Assembly (NCBI GenBank): GCA_963804995.1
Contig: CAWDSK010000001.1
Span: 371,305 to 435,304, forward strand
Length of the DNA stretch: 64,000 bases
Reading direction: 5' to 3'
Source of the DNA: an uncultured Acidobacteriota bacterium
GTDB taxonomy: Bacteria > Acidobacteriota > Terriglobia > UBA7540
Shown here piece by piece: positions 9,348-17,823 of the stretch (position 1 is its first letter; each line of letters opens with the position of its first letter). A program made the translations under genes and the position numbers. The notes under the pieces are model-generated. The model had not been told where the DNA came from. It made no database searches and saw nothing but the letters and a program-made list of their open reading frames with translations.

Positions 9348-12084
9348 ATCTGGCATTGCAAACATTGGCCTTCCTATGGTGCCGGGGTTGTCCCCTGCCT
9401 GTCACAATTGCCGCAGGCCCCCGCCCACAGCTTCCTGCATCTTTGTGTTCGAGCTTCTCGCCTCGATGCCTGAGGTAGAACACGTCAATAGCGCGTTGTC
9501 CTTCCGTATCAATCAGGGCGATTGAAATATCGCATCCCAGGCGAGCCAGCGTTGAGCTGACGTCGAAGAGCAGGCCGGGACGGTCCTGGGCGACGAATTC
9601 CAGAAGCGTGCTATGCGACGAGGTTTGACTATCAAATCGTACTTGCGTGGCCACGTGGAGCTTGGGTCGTGCTGCCGCGCCTCGGGGGCCTCGGGCGTTC
9701 AAGAGCTTTTCAAGTTCCACCTTACCCTTGAGAACATCGACCAGGCTTTGCCGGAACCGATCTCTTTCGGAGGGGTTCAGCTCCAACGTGCGGTGGAGAT
9801 CCACGAATTTAAACGTGTCAAGAACCTGACCCAGGGCGTTCGAGAACGCGTCGGCCTTGATGATACTCATCCCCCAGGCCGCGAGAGTGCCCGTGATGGA
9901 AGCAAACAGAAACGGCCGATCCCCGGTCACAACGGTCAACTCGAAGTGATGGTTGCGCGGGTGGAGTTCTACGGCGATTCCTTCGGTCTCGAGACGCCGG
10001 ACGAGCTCAAAATGCCGGGCGACTTCCTCCGGGGTGTGAGTCGAGAGGTAGCGTTGGGGAAAGCCGTCCAGAAAGGAGCGCAACTCACCAGCGCTCGCGG
10101 GACTTCCCAGTGCGGCCAGAATCCTCTCCATTTCTTCAGACGATGATCCGGTGATGCGCAACCGTTCGTCATCTACGCTGCGCGTGAGGTGGTTGGCGGT
10201 CGCGACATAGAGCTGCCACAAGAGTTCAGCCTTCCATGGCGTAAGGGCTTCGGGGTTGACGGCGCGGATGTCCGCAAAGGTCAGCAGGCAGAGCATCTTC
10301 AGGCGCTCCACGGAGCCCACCAATTTCGCAAAGTCCCGCACGGTCTCAGGATCAAATACATCCCGGCGCTGGCAGGTTGAGGACATGTCCAGGTGATGGG
10401 CGATCAGGAACCGAACAGTTTGGCAGTCTTCTTCCGGAAGCTCCAAGCGCGCTGCGATTCCTTCCATGGCCCGCAGGCTGCCGCGCACATGATCCTGCCC
10501 GGGAAGCCCCTTGCCGACGTCGTGAAAAAGCAAGGTCAAATAGAGAACCTCCGGTTGTTCGACTTCCGAAAGTATCTCCTCGAATTTCTGCTCCCACCCC
10601 GGCCCGGGCCCCGCGGCATCTTTACGCGACGGCCCTGGTTTTCCCGTGGGGAGACCGTGCAAGGTTTCGATGGTCAGGAAGGAGTGCTCATCGACCGTGT
10701 AGCGGTGGTAGAAGTCCCGGATGACCAGCGAGTCGATGGCCTGAAATTCTGGAAACAGTGTGGCAATCAAACCCAGGTGATGCATGCTGCGCAAGGCGTC
10801 GGCAGCGTAGGGTTGGACCAGGACACGCCGGAAATGCCGCCAGAAATGCGGCAGACGATGCCCCTCGCCCGCCAGGCGCGGGGATTCAGCCTCCACGAAT
10901 CTTTCAGCCTCACGGCTCAAGGGGAGTCCATGCCGCGCCACCATTTCAAATAGTCGTAAGAGCAAGCTGGGGTCGGTTTCGAAAGCCGCCGGCTGGCGGA
11001 GAAAGATACAGCCCCGGACCACGGAGAAATCTGCATTCGACAACCGCGAGCGCCAATCCCGATACAGCGCGTACAGGGCCGAGCGCGCCGGAGCGGTGGC
11101 GTCGATCCGCTGCGCCACCAACCGATCCACGACTCGGGCCTGCCGGAAGTAGTTGCGCATCCAATCCGCCGGCGCCAGTCCCTCCGGTGGCCGCATGCCC
11201 ACGTCGTGCGCAGCGGCATGGGCCTGCGCATCATAACTTAACTGGTTGTCATCCCGCGCTTGCAGATAATGAAGGAAGCAACGAGCGTCAGCGAGGAATC
11301 CAAACGCACGTTGGGTCAAGGGATATTCGCGAGCCGGCCACAACTCCCCGGGCAGCATCCAGCGCCCCTTTTTCCCCAGCGCTTCGATTTGGGTCAGCCA
11401 GCGGCAAACGTGAAAATCACGAAGTCCCCCCGGCGCCTCCTTGAGGTTGGGCTCGAGATGAAAGATGGTGTTGCCATACTTGGCATGCCGCTGGCGAGTC
11501 AGCTCAGCCAGATTTCGTACCAATTCTTCGGCGTCCCGTGCCACGAGGTGCGGAACGACATCCTCGTGGAGGCGTACAAAAAGGGTCAGGTCGCCGGCCA
11601 AATACCTCTGGTCAAGCAAGGCAACGTCGAATTCCAAATTGTCACGGTGGAGCCGGCCACACTCCGCCAGGGTGCGCGTGCTATGGCCGACGCGCAGTCG
11701 CAGGTCCCAAAGCGTGCGGAGAACAGTGGCGATGGAGTCACGGTGTGGGGATTGCGCGCTGTCATCCTCGGTCAGAAATAGCAAGTCGATGTCAGAGTAC
11801 GGAAACAGCTCATGCCTGCCGTAACCGCCCAAAGCCAATACGCAAAGGCCTCGGGGCCCCTCGACCGCGGGGGAGAGAAATTCCCGATAGAGCGCAACCA
11901 CGATGGCGTCCACAAGGTCTGACCGATCTCGCAAAACCCGCTCGCCGCCTCCGTCCCTGTCGAAGTTCTGCTGGATTCTGCCGGATTCCCGAGTGTAGTA
12001 ATCTGCCAGAGACGAAAGGGACACGGTGGAAGGGATCGGCGGTGCGGTTTGAGGTGGTGGGTCAACCGGCATGGATTCCAGCAC
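9307..12084 (-). CDS. glnD: [Protein-PII] uridylyltransferase / uridylyl-removing enzyme
   Basis: 925 aa with a nucleotidyltransferase N-terminus (LALGGYGRHELFPYSDIDLLF), an HD domain (LLFHDVGK) and two C-terminal ACT domains. It lies downstream of glnK. The last roughly 45 aa look out of frame (see finding). Confidence 0.9.
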   Translation of the reverse strand: MLESMPVDPPPQTAPPIPSTVSLSSLADYYTRESGRIQQNFDRDGGGERVLRDRSDLVDAIVVALYREFLSPAVEGPRGLCVLALGGYGRHELFPYSDIDLLFLTEDDSAQSPHRDSIATVLRTLWDLRLRVGHSTRTLAECGRLHRDNLEFDVALLDQRYLAGDLTLFVRLHEDVVPHLVARDAEELVRNLAELTRQRHAKYGNTIFHLEPNLKEAPGGLRDFHVCRWLTQIEALGKKGRWMLPGELWPAREYPLTQRAFGFLADARCFLHYLQARDDNQLSYDAQAHAAAHDVGMRPPEGLAPADWMRNYFRQARVVDRLVAQRIDATAPARSALYALYRDWRSRLSNADFSVVRGCIFLRQPAAFETDPSLLLRLFEMVARHGLPLSREAERFVEAESPRLAGEGHRLPHFWRHFRRVLVQPYAADALRSMHHLGLIATLFPEFQAIDSLVIRDFYHRYTVDEHSFLTIETLHGLPTGKPGPSRKDAAGPGPGWEQKFEEILSEVEQPEVLYLTLLFHDVGKGLPGQDHVRGSLRAMEGIAARLELPEEDCQTVRFLIAHHLDMSSTCQRRDVFDPETVRDFAKLVGSVERLKMLCLLTFADIRAVNPEALTPWKAELLWQLYVATANHLTRSVDDERLRITGSSSEEMERILAALGSPASAGELRSFLDGFPQRYLSTHTPEEVARHFELVRRLETEGIAVELHPRNHHFELTVVTGDRPFLFASITGTLAAWGMSIIKADAFSNALGQVLDTFKFVDLHRTLELNPSERDRFRQSLVDVLKGKVELEKLLNARGPRGAAARPKLHVATQVRFDSQTSSHSTLLEFVAQDRPGLLFDVSSTLARLGCDISIALIDTEGQRAIDVFYLRHRGEKLEHKDAGSCGRGPAAIVTGRGQPRHHRKANVCNARFNGAGGSFSGSWP

Positions 12085-12206
12085 TCAGCTCTCACATCCT
12101 CCAGCCGCCCCGGAAGGTGGCTTCGCCGGCGTATGCCGACCCTACAAGCTGACCGCTGCTAGCTGAGGCTGAGAGCTTAACGCTTTCCCGGGGGCGCAAA
12201 CCTGGG

Positions 12207-12545
12207 CTACAAGGCGGCCTCACCGCGCTCCTCGTTGCGGATGCGGATGGCCTCCTCCACGCTGGTCACGAAGATCTTGCCGTCACCGATCTTGCCGGTT
12301 TTGGCGGCGCTCAGGATGGCTTGAATGGCCGCCGTGACCATGCCGTCGGTCACCACCATTTCGATTTTGACCTTGGGAAGAAGGTCCACGGTGTACTCGT
12401 TGCCACGGTAAACCTCGGTGTGGCCTTTTTGCCGGCCGTGGCCGCGCACTTCGGAAATCGTCATACCCTCCACGCCCACTTCTTGCAGCGCACTTTTCAC
12501 CGCCTCGAATCGCGAGGGCTGAACGATAGCTTCGATTTTTTTCAT
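12207..12545 (-). CDS. glnK: Nitrogen regulatory protein P-II
   Basis: 112 aa, MKKIEAIVQPSRFEAVK...GHGRQKGHTEVYRGNEYTVDLLPKVKIEMVV, with a canonical T-loop including the uridylylatable Tyr. It lies immediately downstream of amtB. Confidence 0.92.
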   Translation of the reverse strand: MKKIEAIVQPSRFEAVKSALQEVGVEGMTISEVRGHGRQKGHTEVYRGNEYTVDLLPKVKIEMVVTDGMVTAAIQAILSAAKTGKIGDGKIFVTSVEEAIRIRNEERGEAAL

Positions 12546-12635
12546 GGCAAAGTTTCCTTTGGAAAGTAGCTCACACCCGACAGCTTACCGCCCACAGTTA
12601 CTGTATGCTGTCGGTTGTGAGCTGTATCCTGCCCT

Positions 12636-14078
12636 TTATGTTTCCAGATTGTAGCCTTCTTCCCCGTGCTGGGACAAATCCAACCCCTGCACTTCGTGCT
12701 CTTCCGAAACCCGCAAGCCGACCACCAGGTCGACAACTTTGAGGATCACGAGAGTACCTACAATGGCCAATACCCAGGCGATGATGATTCCCACAATCTG
12801 ATTAAGCAGTTGTCCGGGGTTCCCATCGATCAGACCCACCAACGTCGCGACCCCTTGTGCGTCTTTGAAAACGGGATTGACCGCCTTCGCCGCAAAGATG
12901 CCGGTCAGGAGCGCCCCCAGGGTGCCACCGGCGCCGTGCACCCCAAAGGCGTCGAGCGAATCGTCATAACCAAACTTGCTTTTCACTTTTGTAACCATCA
13001 AAAAGCAGCCCACACCCGCGATGGCGCCGATCGCAAGGGCGGACATCGGTCCCACAAAACCCGCCGCCGGCGTGATGGCTACAAGCCCTGCAACCGCCCC
13101 GGAGATACCTCCCAAAACGCTGGCCTTGCCGTTGCGATACCACTCCGCTGCCGCCCAACTGAGCGCGGCTGCGGCCGCTCCGAAGTGGGTGGCCACGAAA
13201 GCGCTCGTAGCAAGGCTGCCGGCTGCCAGGGCGCTTCCGGCGTTAAAGCCGAACCACCCCACCCAAAGCAAGCAGGCTCCAATGAAACTTAATACCACGC
13301 TGTGCGGTGGCATCGGTTGCTTGGGGAAACCCACTCGTTTCCCCAGATAAAGCGCGCACACCAAGGCAGATACTCCGGAAGTGACGTGTACGACCGTGCC
13401 TCCGGCAAAATCCAAAGTCGGGAACTTACCACCCAGGGAGGCATTCAGCAGGCCGCCTTTGCCCCACACCATGTGGGCCATGGGGTCGTAGACGATGACG
13501 GACCACAGGATCATGAAGAGCAACATGGCGCTGAACTTCATGCGTTCCGCAAAGGCTCCGGTAATCAACGCCGGAGTGATGATGGCAAACATAAGCTGAT
13601 ACACCATGAAAGTCTGCTGGGGAATGGTGGCAGCGTATGCCGCATCGGGAGCCCCGCCCACGCCATGTAAGAACAGGTATCCAAAATTCCCAATGATCCA
13701 ATTGCCGTCATGAAAAGCCAGGCTATACCCAAACAACGCCCACAGGACGGTAATCAGCGCCATGAGAATGAAGCTCTGCATCATCGTGCCCAACACGTTT
13801 TTCTTCCTCACCAGTCCGCCATAGAAAAGCGCCAACCCGGGGCCCGTCATCATCAGAACCAGCGCTGCGCAGACCAACATCCAGGCGTTATCGCCGGCAC
13901 TCTGTGCGTCCGCTACCTGTCGCTCGAGTTTTGCCAAGCGGTCTTGGACTTGGGGTGAGGCAACTGTGGTGGTATTCGCAGGCGCCTGGGGAAAGGCGGC
14001 AGGGGCCATCACGCCCAAAAATACCACGATGCCCAGGACCAGCCTTAAGAGTCTCCGTCGCATAGGTCTCGTCTCCAC
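12636..14078 (-). CDS. amtB: Ammonium transporter
   Basis: 480 aa polytopic membrane protein with Amt signatures (DFAGGTVVHVTSG, FGFNAGS, DDSLDAFGVHGAGG). Confidence 0.95.
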   Translation of the reverse strand: METRPMRRRLLRLVLGIVVFLGVMAPAAFPQAPANTTTVASPQVQDRLAKLERQVADAQSAGDNAWMLVCAALVLMMTGPGLALFYGGLVRKKNVLGTMMQSFILMALITVLWALFGYSLAFHDGNWIIGNFGYLFLHGVGGAPDAAYAATIPQQTFMVYQLMFAIITPALITGAFAERMKFSAMLLFMILWSVIVYDPMAHMVWGKGGLLNASLGGKFPTLDFAGGTVVHVTSGVSALVCALYLGKRVGFPKQPMPPHSVVLSFIGACLLWVGWFGFNAGSALAAGSLATSAFVATHFGAAAAALSWAAAEWYRNGKASVLGGISGAVAGLVAITPAAGFVGPMSALAIGAIAGVGCFLMVTKVKSKFGYDDSLDAFGVHGAGGTLGALLTGIFAAKAVNPVFKDAQGVATLVGLIDGNPGQLLNQIVGIIIAWVLAIVGTLVILKVVDLVVGLRVSEEHEVQGLDLSQHGEEGYNLET

Positions 14079-14241
14079 GGTAAGGGGGTTGCAAGTATTC
14101 TGTGGGAATCAGAAACTCATTATAAGGAGACAACTCGGGTGGGCCAAATCAAATCATTTTATAATCCGGATAACGGTTCACCGGGATGCCCGGCATTTGA
14201 ATGGAGGCAAGGTCAATTAACAGGTCGCCGCGAGGAACCCT

Positions 14242-15252
14242 TCAAATAGGCGGATGGGAGCATTGCAGATCGGGGAATGAATCTTCAGAGTCATAATTAT
14301 CACTCTCCGGGAGGTGCTTGGAGGCCTCACGCTTGATCTCCTCAGAAGTTGCCAGCTCTACCCGGTTCCGCCCCCCCTGCTTGGCGCGATAAAGGGCCGC
14401 GTCTGCGACCCGGACCAGGGCTTCCGCACTTACGTCCTGGAGATTCCCCACCGCTGCCACACCCAGGCTGATGGTGATAGGAATCAGACCATCAGGGGTC
14501 TCCACCGCTTTGCGGTCGATGCGAACCCGGAAGCTTTCCGCGAACCGCGCCGCCCCTGCCGCGTCGCAGGCCGGAACCACTGCCATGAACTCATCCCCTC
14601 CGTAACGTCCCAGAGCGTCGTAAGTTCTCATGGCGCCGCGCATCTGGCGGGCCGCTTCCCGCAGGACGGCATCGCCCGCCGCGTGGCCATAAGTGTCATT
14701 GATGGCTTTGAATCGATCCACATCCACCATGGCAACGGCAAACGGGCTTTCGGTGCGTGAAGACCGCGCCACTTCCTTCCGCAAAATCCCTAGAATGGTG
14801 CCGTGATTCCAAAGGTCGGTCAGCGGGTCTCGCCAAGCCTGGTCGCGCAACGCCTCCCGCGCCATGAGGAGCTGTTCCTGCAACTCCACGATGCGCCGGC
14901 CGGCTCGCAAGCGGGCTCGCAACTCAAACGGGTCGAAAGGCTTGGTGACATAATCATCGGCGCCTGCTTCCAGGCCCTGCACGATATCCGTCTTCTGGCC
15001 CCGAGCCGTTAGCAACAGGATGTAAATATACGGCCGACCCTTTCGTTGCCGCACACTTCGACAAAGCTCGATGCCATCCTTACCCGGCATCATCCAATCC
15101 AAGATAGCCAGTCTGGGCGTGTCATTCCCTTGCAGAATCGCCCACGCTTCCTCCCCCTGGGTAGCTACGACAACCTCGAAGCCCCATTTCACGAGAAAAG
15201 CCTCTAACATGCGGCGTGATATGGAGTCATCCTCTGCGATGAGAACCTTCAT
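14242..15252 (-). CDS. Response regulator with GGDEF output (PleD-like diguanylate cyclase)
   Basis: REC domain (MKVLIAEDD...LDWMMPGKDG...KP) followed by a GGDEF domain with an intact RYGGDEF motif. Its start overlaps the preceding ORF's stop (ATGA, 15249-15252). Confidence 0.9.
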   Translation of the reverse strand: MKVLIAEDDSISRRMLEAFLVKWGFEVVVATQGEEAWAILQGNDTPRLAILDWMMPGKDGIELCRSVRQRKGRPYIYILLLTARGQKTDIVQGLEAGADDYVTKPFDPFELRARLRAGRRIVELQEQLLMAREALRDQAWRDPLTDLWNHGTILGILRKEVARSSRTESPFAVAMVDVDRFKAINDTYGHAAGDAVLREAARQMRGAMRTYDALGRYGGDEFMAVVPACDAAGAARFAESFRVRIDRKAVETPDGLIPITISLGVAAVGNLQDVSAEALVRVADAALYRAKQGGRNRVELATSEEIKREASKHLPESDNYDSEDSFPDLQCSHPPI

Positions 15253-15470
15253 GATGCGACCTCTTTGCCGAGATTGGATAGCGCCGGTTGCAGGCGCTCC
15301 AGTTCCTCTTCCAGCCGTGCCAGGGCCTCACCCGTGTGCTCGAGTCCCTGGGTGCGGCCCACCACTTCCGCTGTCTGTGCAGCCTCGAAGGCCGCCCCAG
15401 CCGAGAGGAGGGCTAGATTGTTCTTCAATACCTGAGCGGCGAGTTCAAAAGCCACAGTGTCCTGGCGCAC
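15249..15470 (-). pseudogene. Detached, degenerate Hpt domain: the frameshifted C-terminal tail of the upstream hybrid kinase
   Basis: The translation ...LEEAAVRQDTVAFELAAQVLKNNLALLSAGAAFEAAQTAEVVGRTQ...LEEELERLQPAL continues the FLNDYPKLVAAA end of ORF 15481..17610 in another frame. Gln stands where the phospho-His is expected. Confidence 0.55.
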
Positions 15471-15480
15471 TGCGGCCTCT

Positions 15481-17610
15481 TCAAGCCGCTGCTACCAACT
15501 TGGGGTAGTCGTTGAGGAAAACACTGATCAAACTCCCAAGTAACTGTTTATCCCCTTCGAATCGTGCCAGCGCTTGCTGGCGGTCAAGCACGTTGTCTGG
15601 GGTTGTGCTGGGGGGGTCACCCGCGACAGTTCCGGAAGGAATTTGCAAGAGATCTTCGATAGTTTTAAAAAGGTCTTGTGCCCGGATCGGCTTGGAAAGG
15701 TAGCCATCCATTCCAAGCGCCAGGAACCGCTCGCGATCGCCCACCATGGCGTGGGCGGTTAAGGCCACAATCGGAATTCGGGAGCCGCTCCCATCCTCCT
15801 TTGCCCGAATGCGGGTGACGCACTCCGCCCCATCCATCTCCGGCATCTGTACGTCCATCAGGATCAGGTCAAAACGAGCGACGCTCGATCTCTCCAGGGC
15901 CTTGAGCGCCTGCTTCCCGTTGGCCACCACCTCCACGCTGTGTCCACGTTTTTCCAGGAGGCGCATCACCAGCGCTTGGTTGACGGGATTGTCTTCCGCC
16001 AGCAAAATGTGCAGCCTGCGCCGCGCTTCCCGAACAGAGTGCCGCGTAACGAGGGGTTGAGGTGAGGCTCCCGACGGTGTCCCGATGGCCAGCAGAATCG
16101 CGTCCAATAGTTCGGATTGCTTTACGGGCTTCAGCAGGTACGCGGCGATCCCCATCTGGCGGCAGCGGGCTGCGTCGCCGGGCCGCCCTCCCGAAGTCAG
16201 CATCAGGATCACAGTCCCGGCAAGGTCCGGGTCGCGCTTGATATGGTCAGCCACGGCGAAACCGTCCAGATCTTGCATCTGTGAATCGAGCAGGATCAAC
16301 GCGAACGGGTGCGCGACTTTCTTACTCTGCTGCAGAAGGGATAGAGCGCGCTCGCCACAGTCCGCCTCCGTGGGAAGCATTTTCCAGCGTTTGAGCACTT
16401 CCACCAGAATGTGGCGGTTGGTCTGGTTGTCATCGACAACCAAGGCCGAAAGGTTCCTGAGGCAGGCGAATTCCGCCAGTTGCGCAGCCCCTCCGCTTTG
16501 TCCCAACCCGAATCGCGCTGTGAAATAGAAGGCGCTGCCTTGGCCGGGAACACTCTCAACCCAAATTCTTCCTCCCATCAGGCCCACGAATTCTGCGGTA
16601 ATGGTCAAGCCCAGCCCCGTGCCGCCATACCGGCGAGTCGTGGAAGCGTCTGCCTGCTGGAAGGCTTCGAAAATCATCTCTTGTTTCTCGGGAGGAATTC
16701 CGATTCCGGTGTCGCGCACGCTGAATCGCAGCACGGCTTGCTCATGGCTCAGGGACTCGACGTTAACCCGGACGACTATCTCGCCAATTTCCGTAAACTT
16801 GATAGCGTTTCCCACCAGATTGAGAATGATCTGGCGCAGCCGGCCGGGATCTCCAATTAAGTATTCAGGCACCTCAGGCGCCAAACGGCAAGCAAGCTCC
16901 ACCCTCTTCTGATTGGCCCGCACGGCGAGCGATTTCAACGTATCCCCCAGGGCTTCGGGCAGCTTGAATTCGATTGCGTCCAGAGCGATCTTCCTGGCCT
17001 CGACCTTCGAGAAATCCAGGATGTCGTTGACCAGGACAAGCAACGAGTCCGTGGAGGATTTCAGCATCGTTCCGTATTCCGACTGCTCCGCGGAAAGGGG
17101 CGTGTCGAGCAGTAACTCCGTCATACCCAGAATGCCGTTCAGGGGGGTTCGGATTTCGTGGCTCATGTTGGCCAGAAATTCACTCTTGGCCTGGTTCGCG
17201 ACCTCAGCGGCTTCCTTGGCCTTCCGAAGTTCTGCTTCTACCCGCTTGCGGTCAGAGATGTCACGGACGAGGCCGATGACACCAATGATGTGATTGTCAT
17301 GACTATAGTGCGGACTGTAAATCGCAGATGTCCACCCGGACTTGCCCGTCTGCTCCACATAGTAGTACACGTCGGGAGTCTGGACCGTTTCACCGGCTAG
17401 CGCCCGTTCCAGGAGGACGTCCACCTTTTGCTTGCGCAAATGCGGGAAGATCTCCAAGCCGTTTTTGCCCAGGACCTGAGGAGCCAGCAAGCCTGTCAAA
17501 TCCTCCATAAAGGGGTTCCACACCTGGTAGCAGAAATTCCGGTCATAAACGATGACACCCTCGCGAGCGCCGGCAATGACCTCCCGGTTGAACTGCTCGC
17601 TCTGGCGCAC
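15481..17610 (-). CDS. Hybrid sensor histidine kinase, C-terminal portion (PAS, HisKA, HATPase_c, two REC domains)
   Basis: H-box SHEIRTPLNGILGM; G-boxes GTGLGLTI; two receiver domains (VVDDNQTNRH..LLDSQMQDLDG and LLAEDNPVNQ..ILMDVQMPEMDG). It is in the same frame as ORF 17824..20157 and is separated from it only by one TGA. Confidence 0.85.
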   Translation of the reverse strand: MRQSEQFNREVIAGAREGVIVYDRNFCYQVWNPFMEDLTGLLAPQVLGKNGLEIFPHLRKQKVDVLLERALAGETVQTPDVYYYVEQTGKSGWTSAIYSPHYSHDNHIIGVIGLVRDISDRKRVEAELRKAKEAAEVANQAKSEFLANMSHEIRTPLNGILGMTELLLDTPLSAEQSEYGTMLKSSTDSLLVLVNDILDFSKVEARKIALDAIEFKLPEALGDTLKSLAVRANQKRVELACRLAPEVPEYLIGDPGRLRQIILNLVGNAIKFTEIGEIVVRVNVESLSHEQAVLRFSVRDTGIGIPPEKQEMIFEAFQQADASTTRRYGGTGLGLTITAEFVGLMGGRIWVESVPGQGSAFYFTARFGLGQSGGAAQLAEFACLRNLSALVVDDNQTNRHILVEVLKRWKMLPTEADCGERALSLLQQSKKVAHPFALILLDSQMQDLDGFAVADHIKRDPDLAGTVILMLTSGGRPGDAARCRQMGIAAYLLKPVKQSELLDAILLAIGTPSGASPQPLVTRHSVREARRRLHILLAEDNPVNQALVMRLLEKRGHSVEVVANGKQALKALERSSVARFDLILMDVQMPEMDGAECVTRIRAKEDGSGSRIPIVALTAHAMVGDRERFLALGMDGYLSKPIRAQDLFKTIEDLLQIPSGTVAGDPPSTTPDNVLDRQQALARFEGDKQLLGSLISVFLNDYPKLVAAA

Positions 17611-17823
17611 GGCCTCCTCCGCCCGTTTGCGCTCAGTGACGTTGTCGAAGATCGCGACGACGTTGCCCGAGGGCAGTTTAAAGACGTAATTCTCAACCCA
17701 AATGGTTACGCGCTCATCCTGGTACAGGCTGGTGGGATGACGTTCAGGCGCTCCCGTCTGCCAAACCCGGTGAAAAACCTCCAGAAGGCCTAGCCGTGCG
17801 ATGTCCGGAAAGACAACCGAAAC

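Noticed and set aside
14079-14241. A sigma-54 (TGGCAC-N5-TTGC) promoter upstream of amtB.
   Set aside because: The two closest candidates on the minus strand (tggcccacccgagttgt and cccacagaatacttgca) either have the wrong GG-to-GC spacing or lack the -24 GG. No call is made.
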